The position numbers and the translations under genes were made by a program. Of a stretch of 56,014 nt of DNA, positions 54,253 to 56,014 are shown one piece after another. Within the stretch, counting starts at the first letter, position 1; each line of letters opens with the position of its first letter. This DNA is from Vicugna vicugna (lineage: Eukaryota): NCBI GenBank assembly GCA_013265495.1, contig MU058658.1, forward strand, positions 186,001 through 242,014, given 5' to 3'. The notes below the pieces were generated by a model. That model was not told the DNA's origin. It made no database searches and saw only the letters and a program-made list of their open reading frames with translations.

Positions 54253-55400
54253 AAGTCCAGACCCCTCCTGTTTTGTAAGACCACCTCGGTGAGAGAGTCA
54301 GTCTGATTTTGCAGAGTTCCCAGGGTTTCTGCTATTTGTTGGACATCGTGGCTGAATTCACCTGTAAGCTGGTAATAGTAATGAGAGGAAGAGGCGATGC
54401 CCCCAATTCCTGTGCCTACCCCTGCTGCCACTCTGAGCCCCACTAGCAAGGGGATCGATTGTATAGCTCGTTTTATTCTCCGTGGATGCTGGTGAGTTAT
54501 GACAGGGATGGGCAGACTTTGATTATTAGGCATAATGTCCATTCGGGGAGTGAGATAAGCCAAAGCACATAACCCTGCCCATCTGGCAGGGAGGCACCGG
54601 TAGGCAAATTCACCACATACAAAATAAGTCCCGTTATTAGAACACCATCTTTGTGTGGGTTGGCACCCTAGACCCATACAGTGAGAGGTTTTAATACATT
54701 GATTTATAGTTAGATTGCCCTCTAAAGGATTAGTTCCATTGTTGAAATAACATTCTGGTGCCTTGTAGGCGAGCTGTACCCAGTTCAGCCTGGAACTCCT
54801 AGTGGTAGAAACGGCATCGCTATGAGTTGTGGTGAAAGTCTTAGTGAGGTTTGTCAGAGGTAAAGCCAGGTGCTGGATGGGGCCAGGACGCAAGCATAGC
54901 CAGCAATCTTTAGCCAGGTCTGGATTGGAATGATTGAGAATCCCATGGACTGCGGCTAACAGCCCATTTATTTGTGGATCCAGATCCCGAGGCTCGGCTA
55001 AAGATGGAAGTTTTATTGGCTTCCAGGTAGGTAATAACTTCTGGTGTTGCCTCTGGACTGCTTGTTGGACTGCTTGCCGGCGTGCCTGGTCCTGTACCCC
55101 TCCTCCATCACTCATCCCATAATGTGTTTGCTTGGTCCAGCACACCAGCTTGCCGGGCGTGCCATAGCATTTGATGCGAGATACATAATAAGCCTTAATT
55201 GTGCCAATCCAGTAGGATTTTCCCTGATATGTGCACTCTGAAGTGGAGTCATAGCACTGACTCGGCTGATAAGTATAAGCTGAAAATACAGGCCGGTATA
55301 TGGACCACCTGTCACCCGGTTCCATGCAGGTGCACTGTACAGCCAAGGAGAGTGAGGACATTAGCATTAGTAACATCAGCCTTATGATTATCTTAGACAT
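54219..55400 (-). CDS. env: ERV gamma-type envelope, 393-aa truncated ORF (signal peptide, SU, fusion peptide, partial ISD)
   Basis: Signal MSKIIIRLMLLMLMSSLSLA; SDGGGVQDQAR (55080-55112); CWLC (54894-54905); furin RIKR (54468-54479); AIQSIPLLVG fusion peptide; LQNRRGLDL (54252-54278) then frameshift. Confidence 0.88.
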   Translation of the reverse strand: MSKIIIRLMLLMLMSSLSLAVQCTCMEPGDRWSIYRPVFSAYTYQPSQCYDSTSECTYQGKSYWIGTIKAYYVSRIKCYGTPGKLVCWTKQTHYGMSDGGGVQDQARRQAVQQAVQRQHQKLLPTWKPIKLPSLAEPRDLDPQINGLLAAVHGILNHSNPDLAKDCWLCLRPGPIQHLALPLTNLTKTFTTTHSDAVSTTRSSRLNWVQLAYKAPECYFNNGTNPLEGNLTINQCIKTSHCMGLGCQPTQRWCSNNGTYFVCGEFAYRCLPARWAGLCALAYLTPRMDIMPNNQSLPIPVITHQHPRRIKRAIQSIPLLVGLRVAAGVGTGIGGIASSSHYYYQLTGEFSHDVQQIAETLGTLQNQTDSLTEVVLQNRRGLDLRPKRGDYASS

Positions 55401-55468
55401 GATGCTGCGGTGATGGCACTAATTATAAGAAGATATAAAATAGCTATCAGGATTTTATGGCCTATGTT

Positions 55469-55886
55469 NNNNNNNNNNNNNNNNNNNNNNNNNNNNNNNN
55501 NNNNNNNNNNNNNNNNNNNNNNNNNNNNNNNNNNNNNNNNNNNNNNNNNNNNNNNNNNNNNNNNNNNNNNNNNNNNNNNNNNNNNNNNNNNNNNNNNNNN
55601 NNNNNNNNNNNNNNNNNNNNNNNNNNNNNNNNNNNNNNNNNNNNNNNNNNNNNNNNNNNNNNNNNNNNNNNNNNNNNNNNNNNNNNNNNNNNNNNNNNNN
55701 NNNNNNNNNNNNNNNNNNNNNNNNNNNNNNNNNNNNNNNNNNNNNNNNNNNNNNNNNNNNNNNNNNNNNNNNNNNNNNNNNNNNNNNNNNNNNNNNNNNN
55801 NNNNNNNNNNNNNNNNNNNNNNNNNNNNNNNNNNNNNNNNNNNNNNNNNNNNNNNNNNNNNNNNNNNNNNNNNNNNNNNNNNNNNN
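55469..55886. other. Assembly gap (418 N)
   Basis: Run of N. Confidence 1.
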
Positions 55887-56014
55887 TGAACCCGTAATGG
55901 GGGTTTTCTCTATCACCCAACCCCAAACTTCTCGTAGTACTTTTCCTAGTCCCAACAGTTGTTGGTGGAGCCCTAGATTTCCTATTTCTGGGGTGGGGTT
56001 TCTCATCTCATCCT
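55887..56014 (-). mobile_element. pol: ERV pol integrase C-terminal region (partial)
   Basis: Minus frame DEMRNPTPEIGNLGLHQQLLGLGKVLREVWGWVIEKTPITGS resembles the post-core region of class I ERV integrases. Position upstream of env fits. Confidence 0.6.

Noticed and set aside
55410..56006. ORF-track entries spanning the X run
   Set aside because: Artefacts of the N gap. Only the flanking real sequence was interpreted.

Overview
Mammalian genomic DNA, very probably a camelid (several Vic-1-type tRNA-derived SINEs). It matches the AURKC-ZNF805-ZNF460/ZNF543 KRAB zinc-finger cluster (human 19q13.43 order, recalled from memory). The + strand carries three genes: the last exon of AURKC (to 142); a complete 4-exon KRAB-A/B gene with 13 C2H2 fingers (ZNF805; 2823-17224, about 628 aa); and a paralogous 4-exon KRAB gene with 17 fingers (ZNF460/ZNF543-like; 32672-45407, about 679 aa). 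Each ZNF gene has its own CpG-island promoter. Introns and intergenic DNA are full of L1, L2, MIR, DNA-transposon and LTR relics. The right end holds a solo LTR with a 6-bp TSD and the 3' part of a minus-strand endogenous retrovirus (integrase end, N-gap, env, PPT, 3' LTR). Main observations: (1) an env carrying the SDGGGxxDxxR ASCT2/RDR receptor motif, whose single frameshift would give a secreted, anchorless, suppressyn/Refrex-like protein, preceded by a small hydrophobic ORF; (2) a ~500-bp inverted repeat bracketing the ZNF805 promoter and exon 1 just downstream of AURKC; (3) a 4-finger (336-bp) internal repeat and gene-conversion tracts between the two ZNF paralogues; (4) an LTR insertion splitting the second promoter. 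Repeat family names and orthologue assignments are by eye and memory, not database searches.
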